Assembly: GCA_963666425.2 (NCBI GenBank)
Contig: OY762825.2
Span: 1,536,001-1,600,000 of the forward strand
Source: Bacillota bacterium
GTDB lineage: Bacteria; Bacillota; JAAYKD01
Reading direction: 5' to 3'
Length of the DNA stretch: 64,000 bases
Part shown: piece after piece, positions 8,193-18,276 of the stretch
Layout: each line of letters starts with the position of its first letter
Position numbering within the stretch: position 1 is the first letter of the stretch
The notes under the pieces: model-generated
Database searches by the model: none
What the model was told of the DNA's origin: nothing
What the model saw: only the letters and a program-made list of their open reading frames with translations
Made by a program: the position numbers and the translations under genes

Positions 8193-8415
8193 AATCGCGG
8201 TAGCAGCGAATTCGCGGAGAGATCAAGGCAACTTGTCACTTACGAATGTCTGCCGACGTCTGCGAGCATAAACCGTCTCTACTGTTTTGGTAGCAGACCG
8301 TGGCCGAGGCCGGCTCATTTGTCAGACGATGCGAGGGCTTGCGGCGGTTGTTCATCAACCGCCGGAGCGATTTTATATTTGCCACCTCAGAGATGAACGC
8401 TCTGGGGTTTTTTTT
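8193..8415 (+). ncRNA. Candidate standalone structured RNA (6S-like size; family unassigned)
   Basis: Own promoter and terminator (CCTCAGAG...CTCTGGGG-T8); closing stem AATCGC/GCGATT; internal pairings GTCTG/CAGAC, GAGC/GCTC and GGCGGTTG/CAACCGCC; no credible ORF. Confidence 0.5.
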
Positions 8416-8418
8416 ACC

Positions 8419-9726
8419 CTATTCGCAGAGCAATGCGGCAATATCCGCCTCGAACAGCGCTTTAAAGAGCATCGTCATGGCATATTGGTCGTCGGTTCCG
8501 CTCAATTCGCGAACCGAGTGCATGGAGAGCATCGGATTGCCGATATCGACCGTGGTTGCGCCATAAGCCGCAGCCATGATGGGGCCAATCGTACCGCCGC
8601 CGCGGGCATCACTGTGATTGACTAAAATTTGATAAGGAATCTGGTTCTTGGCGCAGAGCCATTTAAAGATCGCTGTGCCGCGGCTGGAAGTCGCATAGGA
8701 TTGGAAGTTTGCCAATTTTAAGACCGGACCTTTGTTCATATAGACCGGATGGTTCAAGTCGCTTTTGGCAGCATAGCCCGGATGCACCGCATGCGCCATA
8801 TCGGCAGAAAATAAAAGGCTGGCCGACATCGCCCGGTATTTATCTTCCACGCTGAGGTTTAATTTCTCACAGATGCGGTCGATTGTCATCATCAGGCTGT
8901 TGCTGCGGGCACCGCGGGTGGAATTGGAGCCGATTTCTTCGTGGTCATAAGCGGCCACGATGATATTCTGTTCACTGTCGGCAGCTACCGCTTCCAACAA
9001 ACCGCAAAAAGCAGCATACACCATGGCCACATCATCCAGATGAGGTGCGGAAATCCATTCCTCCTTCTGCCCCACAAAACAGGCAGGCTGGATATCGATC
9101 GGCTGCAGTTCAAAACTTAAAATGTCCTCTGCCTGTACACCGGCCGCTGCTGCCAACCAATTCATGAATTGTTTTTCTTTGCCCTCATTCAAACCAAAGA
9201 AAGGACAAAGCTCTGTTTGCGCGCTGACCTTCGCATTTTCGTTGACATCACGCACCAAATGAATGGCAGCACTGGGGATGATGAAAATCGGTTGATTGAT
9301 CTGGATGGAAACGCTCTCAATGCCCGTTGCTGTTTTGACACAGATTCGTCCGGCTAAACCAAGCGGACGGTCAAACCAACCGCGAATGATCGGTCCGCCA
9401 TAAATTTCGATCATCAAGCGTTCCACATTTTGCTCGATGATGGTGCCAACCGGTTTGATTTTCAAGGCCGGCGAATCATGATGCGCCGCGCCGATCCGGA
9501 AGCCATTGGCAGCCAGCTCTCTGCTGCCCAAACGGAAGGCGACCAATTGCGTACCGTCTTTGACAAAATAGTAGAGCTGTTTTTGCTGCAATTGCCAGGG
9601 CTGACGTTCCTGTAATTCCACTGCTCCCGCTGCCTGCAGCATTTTCTTTAAAGCGGTGACCGATTGAAACGGCGTGGGAGAGGCATCCAAGTGCGCCATT
9701 AAGCGCTGGGCATACTCTTTTTTCAT
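8419..9726 (-). CDS. M18 family (aspartyl) aminopeptidase
   Basis: AHHDSP, HLDD, DHEEIGS, SADMAHAVHP, GGGTIGP and LSMHSVRE. Confidence 0.92.
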   Translation of the reverse strand: MKKEYAQRLMAHLDASPTPFQSVTALKKMLQAAGAVELQERQPWQLQQKQLYYFVKDGTQLVAFRLGSRELAANGFRIGAAHHDSPALKIKPVGTIIEQNVERLMIEIYGGPIIRGWFDRPLGLAGRICVKTATGIESVSIQINQPIFIIPSAAIHLVRDVNENAKVSAQTELCPFFGLNEGKEKQFMNWLAAAAGVQAEDILSFELQPIDIQPACFVGQKEEWISAPHLDDVAMVYAAFCGLLEAVAADSEQNIIVAAYDHEEIGSNSTRGARSNSLMMTIDRICEKLNLSVEDKYRAMSASLLFSADMAHAVHPGYAAKSDLNHPVYMNKGPVLKLANFQSYATSSRGTAIFKWLCAKNQIPYQILVNHSDARGGGTIGPIMAAAYGATTVDIGNPMLSMHSVRELSGTDDQYAMTMLFKALFEADIAALLCE

Positions 9727-9804
9727 CTGTCAGATTCATCCTTTCTATATTAAGTTGATCGATCACGAAACCAAATCAAGCAGCGATTCGGTTATCGCAG
9801 AACG

Positions 9805-10734
9805 CTATTTCGTCAGCCAGAGTGGCTGCATCGCCAACGGAATCACAAAAGGCACCATTTTGGGCAGCACGGTCATTTCGACCGTTTCCGCGCTGAAGAA
9901 TTCCCCGTCTATACAAACATGCAGCGTCTGTTGACCAACGATACGGACACGGCGATGTTTGCCATAATAGAGAATCTCTTGCAAACCCGGATGTCCGACA
10001 TGCTCGCCGCGCTGATAAAAAGGAATATACTTCAGGATGGTCATTCTGCCGACATAGCGAAAAAAGCAGGCATCCAGCACACCGTCTGCCGGGGTCGCCA
10101 GCGGAGTTGCTTGGTAACCGCTGCCATAAGTCGTGCCGTTGCCGAAGGCAGCCAGGATGAATTTCTGATCCGGCTGCGCAATGCCATCCAATTCGATGGT
10201 CATTTCCACACCATAGCGGCGAAAGAAACAAAAAGCCAGTGCCAGGTTATAAGCCATCGGTCCGCTGACCCCCGGTAAGTGTTGAAATTTGGTTTTAAAA
10301 TAAGCGGATTCCGCATCCAGCCCTACATTCAACAGATTTAAAGCGTAATGCTCATTCGCCTTGATCACATCCACCATAATTGTCTGACCTTTGGCCAATG
10401 CTTCGAGATTGAGAAAATCCTCGACCTTGCCGAAACACTTGAGAAAATCATTGCCGGATCCCAGCGGGACTACCGTCATCTCCCAGTTTTCCTGACCCAT
10501 GGCGCCGTGCAGCACCTCGTTCATGGTGCCGTCACCGCCGCAGGCATAAAAACGGATTTGCTCGCTGCTAGGCAGCCGTTCTTTCACCAAATTCACGGCA
10601 TGACCGGCATATTGGGTAAAAAGAATCTCATAATCCATTTGCAGCTGCCGCATCAATGCTTCGGCTTCTCTGACAAAATCAGTGAAATTTCGTTTGTGTC
10701 CTGCCTTGGGATTCACGATAAAAACATGTTTCAT
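9805..10734 (-). CDS. Diacylglycerol/lipid kinase (YegS/DgkB family)
   Basis: IVNPKAG, GGDGTMNEV, PLGSGNDF and IDGE. Confidence 0.9.
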   Translation of the reverse strand: MKHVFIVNPKAGHKRNFTDFVREAEALMRQLQMDYEILFTQYAGHAVNLVKERLPSSEQIRFYACGGDGTMNEVLHGAMGQENWEMTVVPLGSGNDFLKCFGKVEDFLNLEALAKGQTIMVDVIKANEHYALNLLNVGLDAESAYFKTKFQHLPGVSGPMAYNLALAFCFFRRYGVEMTIELDGIAQPDQKFILAAFGNGTTYGSGYQATPLATPADGVLDACFFRYVGRMTILKYIPFYQRGEHVGHPGLQEILYYGKHRRVRIVGQQTLHVCIDGEFFSAETVEMTVLPKMVPFVIPLAMQPLWLTK

Positions 10735-11025
10735 GCTGTGTCCTCATTTCTCAATGTGTTATTTTACTGATCCTAAGACATTTCTGGCAAACAGTATTTT
10801 TTTCCACACGCAGCCGATGAATTCCTGCATACGAAATAATCTGACCAGCTGAAATCGCTGAAATATCCGGCGAATCAATACATTTTTTGCTCCCATTCCG
10901 GATAGAGAAGCAAGCTTGCGTTTTCTGACGCGTGATGTTATAATCTATCATAAGATTACTGCAAACATCTATTAATGGTTATATTCTTTTTTATTTACAG
11001 ATCTGTTTCCATGGAGGTAACGGCA

Positions 11026-12183
11026 ATGGATTTCGGAAAACGACTCGTCTCCTGGTATTATGGCGATTACAGCAAAGCCTTTTTTCAAAAAAACAAAGTG
11101 ACGATCCAGCAGGAGAATGCGGAATCTCTGAGCAAAATAAGCGCAGCCGCCGGCCTCCTTGCCCTATTCATGCTTTTTTCTACCCTCAGGGTCGCCTATC
11201 TCGTCAATCTGCGCAGCGGTTATCTGCTTTTCAATTTCGTTTTCTGGGCTTTTGCCTTGTTTGCTCAGGCAGTCATAAAAAAAAAGCCACAGTATTCGGG
11301 GTACGCTCTTTATGCTTTTATGATTATGATTTATCTTTTTTCCTATTATATCAGTGTAATTTATAACAACGATTCCGCAGCCAGTACCTTTTTCGTCTTT
11401 CAAATTGTGCTGCCTGTTCTGTTTTTAATTCCACCGGGTGAAGCGGCCATCTTTAGTCTCGTCGTTACATTGGTTTTTTGTAAGCTTAGTTTTCTCTGGA
11501 AACCGTTGGATCTTGCCGCTTCAGATACGATCAACGGCTTGGCCTGTTATTGTATCGGTTTGATTCTGACTTATTTTGTGATCCATCTGCGCTTGAAGAG
11601 CATGGACCGGCAAGAGCTTCTGGAGCAGCAAAGAGATACGGATGTGCAAACCAATCTGCCCAATCGCCGTAAATTTAACCATATCATCGAACGGACCTTT
11701 CGTGATTTTCACGCATCACCCAGAGATTTCTATGTGCTGATGATGGATGTCGATTACTTTAAAGCTTATAACGATACCTTCGGACATGTGCAGGGCGACA
11801 ATTGTTTGGAATCGCTTGGCATTTTCTTTCACCAATTCGCCACACAAAATTCTATTTTCTTAGCACGCTATGGCGGCGAAGAATTTGTGGCCATTGATAC
11901 CCTGCATACGAAAGAAGCAGTTGAGCGTTTGGGCGAGCAGCTGATCCTGCAAACTGCCGCTCTGAAGATCAGCCACCCAAAGTCGCCCTATGGCGTCATT
12001 ACTTTAAGTGCGGGCTGTGCCGGTCTCTTGGAAACGCAGGCCGCAAACTATATGACACTGGTCAATTACGCGGATGATGCCCTCTATCAAGCCAAGCATA
12101 CCGGCAGAAATTCTTTTGTCGCTTGGCAACAAGGAATGACCAGACAGCCCGATTTCACCGACGACGGAATGGACAAGACGTAA
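11026..12183 (+). CDS. Membrane-bound GGDEF diguanylate cyclase
   Basis: About six hydrophobic segments, then TNLPNRR, DVDYFKAYNDTFGHVQGD, RYGGEEF and ADDALYQAK; GGAGG RBS before 11026. Confidence 0.9.
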   Translation: MDFGKRLVSWYYGDYSKAFFQKNKVTIQQENAESLSKISAAAGLLALFMLFSTLRVAYLVNLRSGYLLFNFVFWAFALFAQAVIKKKPQYSGYALYAFMIMIYLFSYYISVIYNNDSAASTFFVFQIVLPVLFLIPPGEAAIFSLVVTLVFCKLSFLWKPLDLAASDTINGLACYCIGLILTYFVIHLRLKSMDRQELLEQQRDTDVQTNLPNRRKFNHIIERTFRDFHASPRDFYVLMMDVDYFKAYNDTFGHVQGDNCLESLGIFFHQFATQNSIFLARYGGEEFVAIDTLHTKEAVERLGEQLILQTAALKISHPKSPYGVITLSAGCAGLLETQAANYMTLVNYADDALYQAKHTGRNSFVAWQQGMTRQPDFTDDGMDKT

Positions 12184-12313
12184 TCCAACGAAAAATAAGA
12201 GCACGCTGAATCGTAGAAACATTCAAGCGTACTCTTATTTTATCGTTCGGTGCCATAACTTTAACAAACCGCGGCGGAGCCCAATCGACTGAAAAGACTG
12301 CTGTGGTTCGCTT

Positions 12314-13198
12314 TTACAGCCAATTCCACTCTGGTAGATATTCCTCACTGGCAGCGCTGCGCTTTTGAAAGAAGCCATACTCCAAACCCAGTTCCAGCAG
12401 CGCATTTGCCACTTTAGCGTATTCCCGCTTGGTGATCCGCCGCTGTAATTCCGTTGGCAGCATCAATCCGGTTGGCGGGCAATATTGCGCCATCAGACTG
12501 ATATAAACTCCTTTGGGCAGCGCGTCCGCCAGCCACTGCAAGGCGGCAAGTGAATTTTTAGTATGCCCGGGTAAAATCAAATGCCGGACCATCAAGCCCT
12601 TTTGCATCATCCCGTTCGGATCATGCTGCGGCAGCCCTACCTGACGGACCATTTCCAAAATCGCCGCCTGCGCTTGCTGCGGATAATCGGCGGCGCCTGA
12701 GTACTGCAGTGCCAAATCCGCTTGATGATATTTATAATCCGGCAGATAGATATCCACCAAACCTTCCAATAGGCGTAACGTTTCCACCCGCTCATAACCG
12801 CTGCTGTTATAAACCACCGGGATTCGGAGCGGCTGCAGACGCAGCGCCTCTACAATCAGCGGCACATACGGCGTCGGACTGACTAAATTAATATTATGCG
12901 CCCCTGCTGCCTGCAGTTCCTGAAATATCGTTGCCAGTTCGGCAGCATTCACTACCTTACCGCAGCTGTGGCGGCTGATCAGATGGTTTTGACAATAGCT
13001 GCAGCGCAGCACACAACCGCTGAAAAAGACGGCTCCCGAACCCCTACTACCGCTGAGATTGGGTTCTTCACCAAAATGCAGGGCGGCTCGGCAAATACCG
13101 GGCAGCCACGGCAGACCGCAATAACCTTTGGATTCCCCGTGCTCCTGTCTCGTCACACCGCACTGACGCGGACAGAGCGTACATCGCTGTTGTTCCAT
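12314..13198 (-). CDS. Radical SAM protein, PflX-like
   Basis: CTLCPRQCG, CVLRCSYCQN (CxxxCxxC), AHNINLVSPT and VRHLILPG; TAATG coupling to the upstream gene. Confidence 0.88.
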   Translation of the reverse strand: MEQQRCTLCPRQCGVTRQEHGESKGYCGLPWLPGICRAALHFGEEPNLSGSRGSGAVFFSGCVLRCSYCQNHLISRHSCGKVVNAAELATIFQELQAAGAHNINLVSPTPYVPLIVEALRLQPLRIPVVYNSSGYERVETLRLLEGLVDIYLPDYKYHQADLALQYSGAADYPQQAQAAILEMVRQVGLPQHDPNGMMQKGLMVRHLILPGHTKNSLAALQWLADALPKGVYISLMAQYCPPTGLMLPTELQRRITKREYAKVANALLELGLEYGFFQKRSAASEEYLPEWNWL

Positions 13199-13770
13199 TA
13201 CTTGCGCCAATCAACAAATGTCCGGTCCTTTTGGTCGGAGCCATAGAAAAGTCCCATCATTTGCAGCTGATCATCCGCGGCAAAATCAAATTTCCACCAC
13301 AGTTTATAATCTTCGGAATAACATAAATAGCTGCGTCCTCCATTGACGGGCAGACCCAGTTTGTCCAAGACCTGGCGATTACTCAAAGAAAAGCTCACTC
13401 CCTTGATGTTATACTTGGCTGGATCTGTTTGGTTTTCTGCCAGTAAGCTGAAGCCGCTGATCACGAGCACAGCATTTTTACTGACCAGATTCACTTTCAA
13501 ATCCGCATATTCCGCAATCGGCAGTCCGGTCATTTCTGAATTCACCGTCTGCTCCGGTTCACCATACAATGTTTTAAAATCTGCAAAGGGTTGGTTGATC
13601 CAATCGAATAATTCAATCGGCTGTGTTTCCTCCGCACCCGTTACGGGGATCTGCGGAATTGGATCCGGTGTTTTCTCTGCCTCTTTCACTCTGCCACAGG
13701 CAGATAAAGCAAGCAAGACGAATAGACAAAACAAGAAAACGATGGTTTTATGTTGACGGTTGTTTCTCAT
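13198..13770 (-). CDS. Hypothetical lipoprotein
   Basis: Signal peptide with lipobox LSAC. Confidence 0.7.
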   Translation of the reverse strand: MRNNRQHKTIVFLFCLFVLLALSACGRVKEAEKTPDPIPQIPVTGAEETQPIELFDWINQPFADFKTLYGEPEQTVNSEMTGLPIAEYADLKVNLVSKNAVLVISGFSLLAENQTDPAKYNIKGVSFSLSNRQVLDKLGLPVNGGRSYLCYSEDYKLWWKFDFAADDQLQMMGLFYGSDQKDRTFVDWRK

Positions 13771-13971
13771 CCGAAACCTTCCTTTCATAAGAACGCGTAT
13801 CGGTCTATTCGTTACTTTTCGTGCTGTTCGCTTTCAACTCCTGCTTTTTCTGGCTTTTCGGGTTTTAGCATCCCAGGAAAGCCAGCAAACAAGAAGGGTT
13901 TCAGCGTCAGTAAGGCGTAATAAGAGAATGATTCTTTGATCATTTTTTTTGCAATAGAGGAGGAACTTTCG

Positions 13972-14985
13972 ATGTCTTCTGTCAGATTAGTTGAGGATTA
14001 TCGCGGCGGTATTTTAGAAAACGTCCATCGCGGTTTTATTGCTGTGGTTAATGACCGGGGAGAGGTAATCGGTTCTGCCGGCGACCCAAATCAAGTCGTT
14101 TTTTACCGTTCCGCATCCAAACCGATCCAGGCGCTGCCGGTCTTAGCCCATGGCATTGACCGCATGTTCGGCCTGACACCGGAAGAAACCACGGTGATGG
14201 CTGGCTCTCATCTGGGCGAACCCTTCCATGTTGCTGCCATTGAGTCAATCTTGCGTAAAATCGGCTGCAAAGAAGAAGATCTTTGCATGAAACCGACCTA
14301 TCCCGGCTATCTGCCGCGCCGCAATGAATTGATCTGCGCCGGTTTGCCCAAACGAAAAATCTACCATAATTGCTCCGGTAAACACAGCGCTGCCCTGGCG
14401 ATTTCCCGCTATCTCGGCGTTCCGATTGAAGGTTACTGGAAACCGGAACATCCGGCGCAGCAAGAAATCCTGCGTTGCATCAGTTATTTTACCGAACTGG
14501 CACCGAATCAGATCGGTATTGGCGTGGACGGCTGCGGTGTCCCCGTTTTTGCAGTCCCGCTACGCAATATGGCCTTGGGTGCGATGAAAATGGCCTGTCC
14601 CGATCGGATCAGCGATCCGCTCTGGGCAGAAGCGGCCGAGCGGATGGGGCATAATATGAACCGCTATTACCGGATGGTAACGGGCAGCAACTATATCTGT
14701 TCTTTGAATAATATGGATGACAATCTGGTCGCCAAAGGCGGCGCCGAAGGTGTTTATGGCATCGGGATGAGAAAACAACGCCTGGGCATCGCTTTCAAGT
14801 GTGAGGACGGTACGGAGGTTTGCTGGCCGCTGATCATCAATGAAATTTTTCGTCAGTTGGGTTATGAAAACGAAGCCGGCCGGCAACGGATGCTCAGCTT
14901 AGCCAAGCCTTATGTCATCAACGACAACGACGAAATGGTCGGTGAAAAGAAGATGGCCTTTGATTTGTTTGCTTCCGTCCAATAA
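13972..14985 (+). CDS. L-asparaginase II (Rhizobium AnsA type)
   Basis: RSASKPIQ, HNCSGKH, DGCG, AKGGAEG and KCEDG. Confidence 0.9.
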   Translation: MSSVRLVEDYRGGILENVHRGFIAVVNDRGEVIGSAGDPNQVVFYRSASKPIQALPVLAHGIDRMFGLTPEETTVMAGSHLGEPFHVAAIESILRKIGCKEEDLCMKPTYPGYLPRRNELICAGLPKRKIYHNCSGKHSAALAISRYLGVPIEGYWKPEHPAQQEILRCISYFTELAPNQIGIGVDGCGVPVFAVPLRNMALGAMKMACPDRISDPLWAEAAERMGHNMNRYYRMVTGSNYICSLNNMDDNLVAKGGAEGVYGIGMRKQRLGIAFKCEDGTEVCWPLIINEIFRQLGYENEAGRQRMLSLAKPYVINDNDEMVGEKKMAFDLFASVQ

Positions 14986-15029
14986 ACACTCGGACTCGGT
15001 TGGGGACAGCTTAGAAAGGAGCCGATACC

Positions 15030-16433
15030 ATGACTTCAGAGGTCAAAATCATTTCCTGCGACCCGTTTTACCTGACTCCCGTCTTTACGGCTTTGCCGCA
15101 GTTGGAGACGGAGGATTATCTGCGCCGCCTGAATTTGCTGCAGGAGAAAATGCAGAGCGCCGGTTTGACCCATTTGCTCGTTTACGCCGATCGGGAACAC
15201 TTTGCCAACATGGACTATTTGATTGGTCATGATCCGCGCTTCGAAGAAGCTCTGTTGATTCTCGATGCCAGTGGCGCTCGCACGTTGTTGGTAGGAAATG
15301 AAGGCTGGGGGCACAGCAGTCAGTTGCCGGTGCCAACCCAACGGATTTTACATCAAACCTTCAGCCTGCAGGGGCAGCCGCGGCAGCAGACGAAACCTTT
15401 GGCGCATCACCTGCGCCGGGCGGGAATCGGCAAGAGCAGCCAATTGGGCGTGATCGGTTACAAGTATTTTTTGGCGAGTGAAATGAAAGACGCAGAACAT
15501 CAGACCGATCTGCCTGCCTTTCTGATGGAAGAGATTTACCGGCTGACCCCACGCGCTCAGGTGTGTAATTTCACCGCCAGCCTGACCGGCTTACCGGATG
15601 GCATCCGCATGCGTCTTCGCAGCGCCAAAGAAGTGGCGATCTATGAGCAAATTGCCGAACGCACCGCTCAGAGCGTGATCCGCATGCTGAAATTCTTAAA
15701 ACCCGGGATCAGTGAACTCGAGCTGAGCGCGCTGGCCGCCCTGGATGCCCTACCGATCTCTGCCTTCCCCATGATCAACTTTGGCGCGGAACATGTGGCA
15801 AACGGTTTGCGTTCACCCAATGAGCATACCCTGCAGCTGGGCGACCCTGTTTGTATCTGCCGCGCGCTGCGCGGCGCTCTGGTCTCACGCGCCGGCCTTG
15901 CCGCTTATGACGAGGCTACCCTGCCGAGCAACTTGAAAAAGGTGACCGAGCAATTCTACCAGCCTTTTTGGGCGGCTATGGCTGCCTGGTATGAGACAGT
16001 GGGGATTGGGGTGACCGGCGGAGAACTGTATGAAAGCATCTTCTCCCGCATCGGCAGTCAGCGCTTTGGCGTCAGCTTAAATCCCGGCCACCATATCGGG
16101 GCTGACGAATGGACTAATTCCGAAATGGCGGCAGGTTCGGTCCTTGCTTTAACGGATGGCGCTTATCTGCAAAGCGATGTCATCGCTTCCCACGCGAAAC
16201 CGGTCTATTCCGCCATCATGGAAGACGGCCTCGTTTTAGCGGGAGCGGATCTGCGCCAGGCGCTGGCTCTGGAATACCCCCTTACCTGGCAGCGCATCCA
16301 AGAGCGCCGTGCTTTTATGCAAAACAGACTGGGTCTCCGGATCAAGCCGGAAGTGCTGCCGCTGTCATCGCTTTGCGGCGTTTATTTCCCTTATCTTTTG
16401 AACTGCAATCGCATCTTTAGTAAAGCGGAATAG
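15030..16433 (+). CDS. M24/creatinase-like (Xaa-Pro aminopeptidase family) protein
   Basis: YADREHFAN, DPRFEEALL, LNPGHHIG and EDG pattern of this family. Confidence 0.7.
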   Translation: MTSEVKIISCDPFYLTPVFTALPQLETEDYLRRLNLLQEKMQSAGLTHLLVYADREHFANMDYLIGHDPRFEEALLILDASGARTLLVGNEGWGHSSQLPVPTQRILHQTFSLQGQPRQQTKPLAHHLRRAGIGKSSQLGVIGYKYFLASEMKDAEHQTDLPAFLMEEIYRLTPRAQVCNFTASLTGLPDGIRMRLRSAKEVAIYEQIAERTAQSVIRMLKFLKPGISELELSALAALDALPISAFPMINFGAEHVANGLRSPNEHTLQLGDPVCICRALRGALVSRAGLAAYDEATLPSNLKKVTEQFYQPFWAAMAAWYETVGIGVTGGELYESIFSRIGSQRFGVSLNPGHHIGADEWTNSEMAAGSVLALTDGAYLQSDVIASHAKPVYSAIMEDGLVLAGADLRQALALEYPLTWQRIQERRAFMQNRLGLRIKPEVLPLSSLCGVYFPYLLNCNRIFSKAE

Positions 16434-16444
16434 GAAGTGGCAAG

Positions 16445-17458
16445 ATGAAGAAATACCGTTTGGGCATTGATTTAGGTGGCACCAATCTGGTAGCAGCCTT
16501 GTTGGACATCGATCAAATCAAAGCCGGCCACAGCGGCATCCTCGGCAAGACCGCTTTGCCAACCCACTGGCAGCAAGGTTATCTCGGTGTAGCGGCCGAG
16601 ATGGCGCAGCTCTGCCGGCAGTTGATGCAACTGCATCAAATCAATCAAGAGCAGATTGCTTACGCCGGTATCGGTTCGCCCGGCGTGATTGACGTGGAAC
16701 ATGGCATCATTGTTTATACCAGCAATTTGCATTTTCATAATGCGCCCATCACGGACGCGCTGTCTTATCAGCTGGGGCTGCCGGTTTATTTAGCCAATGA
16801 TGCCAATGCAGCCGCCTTAGGCGAAGCAGTAGTCGGTTCCACCCGCGGCTGCCGTCACTCGGTCGTGATTACCTTAGGTACCGGGGTTGGCGGCGGTGTG
16901 ATCGCCGATGGTAAGCTCCTGGTTGGCTTTAACGGAGCGGGCGGCGAATTGGGACATCACGTCATTGCTGCCGGCGGCGCAGAATGCAGCTGCGGCCGCA
17001 GGGGCTGTTGGGAAGCATACTCCTCCGCAACCGGTCTGCTGCGGATGGCGAAAACGATGCTGCCGGACTACCCCGCCTCGCAGCTTTGGCAATCTGTGGA
17101 CGCTGCCGGCAGCCTCAGCGACTGCCGTACTGTCTTTACCGCCTATGACCAGGGTGACGCGGCAGCGCAGAGTATCCTGGCGGAATACCTGAAAATGCTG
17201 GCTGCCGGGATTGTCAATATCGTCAACCTCTTTCAACCGGAAATTCTGGCAATCGGCGGCGGCTTAAGTGCCCGCTGCGATCTCTTTATCCCTTATCTGC
17301 AGGCAGCGCTGCAGCGGGAAGTCTATGCTTACCGTTGGATTCAGCAGACAAAAATCGTCGCGGCAACACTCGGCAATGATGCCGGTCTGATTGGCGCCGC
17401 TATTTTAGCCGAAGAAGATTTATTGCAGCAGGAGGTAAGCCATGTCTCAACGTTATGA
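16445..17458 (+). CDS. ROK family sugar kinase
   Basis: GIDLGGT, NDANAAALGE, GTGVGGG, GELGH and CSCGRRGCWE. Confidence 0.92.
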   Translation: MKKYRLGIDLGGTNLVAALLDIDQIKAGHSGILGKTALPTHWQQGYLGVAAEMAQLCRQLMQLHQINQEQIAYAGIGSPGVIDVEHGIIVYTSNLHFHNAPITDALSYQLGLPVYLANDANAAALGEAVVGSTRGCRHSVVITLGTGVGGGVIADGKLLVGFNGAGGELGHHVIAAGGAECSCGRRGCWEAYSSATGLLRMAKTMLPDYPASQLWQSVDAAGSLSDCRTVFTAYDQGDAAAQSILAEYLKMLAAGIVNIVNLFQPEILAIGGGLSARCDLFIPYLQAALQREVYAYRWIQQTKIVAATLGNDAGLIGAAILAEEDLLQQEVSHVSTL

Positions 17459-18263
17459 AAAAATCCAAACCACCGTCCGCTTTTTGCAGGAAAAATTACC
17501 TGCCCTGCCGGAAATCGCCCTGATCCTGGGTTCCGGGCTGGGACCGCTGGCCGATCGGATCGAAGACCCGCTTTTCCTGGAGTATCAAGCCATTCCCGGT
17601 TTCGCCGCCACCACAGCGCCTGGTCATCGCGGTCGTCTGGTCTACGGTAAACTGGGGGGCAAGCGCGTTCTGGCGATGCAGGGACGTTTTCATTATTATG
17701 AAGGGCACGAGATCAGCACCTGCATTTTCCCCGTGCAAGTCTTTGCTGCCTTAGGCATTCCCCGTTTGCTCGTCTCCAATGCGGCCGGCGGGATCAACCG
17801 CCGCTTCCACCCCGGCGATTTGATGCTGCTGAGCGATATCATCACGCTCTTCTGCCCCTCTCCCATGCGGGGAGAGAACATGCCGGAATTGGGTTCCCGT
17901 TTCTTTGATATGAGCTACACTTTTGACAAGGATTGGCGGGAGTTAGCGCATGCCGTTGCCCGCGAGCAGGATTTTGCTTTGCAGGAAGGGGTCTATGTGT
18001 TTGCCCAGGGGCCTCATTTTGAAACACCGGCAGAAATCCTTGCTTTACGCGGCATGGGAGCCGATGCGGTCGGCATGTCAACCGTACCGGAAGTCATTGC
18101 CGCGCGCCAGGCCGGCATGAAAATCCTCGGAATTTCCTGCATTACCAACATGGCTGCCGGTATGCTCAATCAGCCGCTGAGCGGTGAAGAAGTCAATCAG
18201 ACAGCGCAGCTGGCCGAAGAGCGTTTCTGTAATTTTGTCAGCCGTCTGATTGAACGGCTCTAA
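17442..18263 (+). CDS. punA: Purine-nucleoside phosphorylase (trimeric type)
   Basis: LGSGLG, GRFHYYEG, NAAGG, ETPAE, VGMSTVPE and ITNMAAG. Confidence 0.9.
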   Translation: MSQRYEKIQTTVRFLQEKLPALPEIALILGSGLGPLADRIEDPLFLEYQAIPGFAATTAPGHRGRLVYGKLGGKRVLAMQGRFHYYEGHEISTCIFPVQVFAALGIPRLLVSNAAGGINRRFHPGDLMLLSDIITLFCPSPMRGENMPELGSRFFDMSYTFDKDWRELAHAVAREQDFALQEGVYVFAQGPHFETPAEILALRGMGADAVGMSTVPEVIAARQAGMKILGISCITNMAAGMLNQPLSGEEVNQTAQLAEERFCNFVSRLIERL

Positions 18264-18276
18264 GGAGGACCAAATT

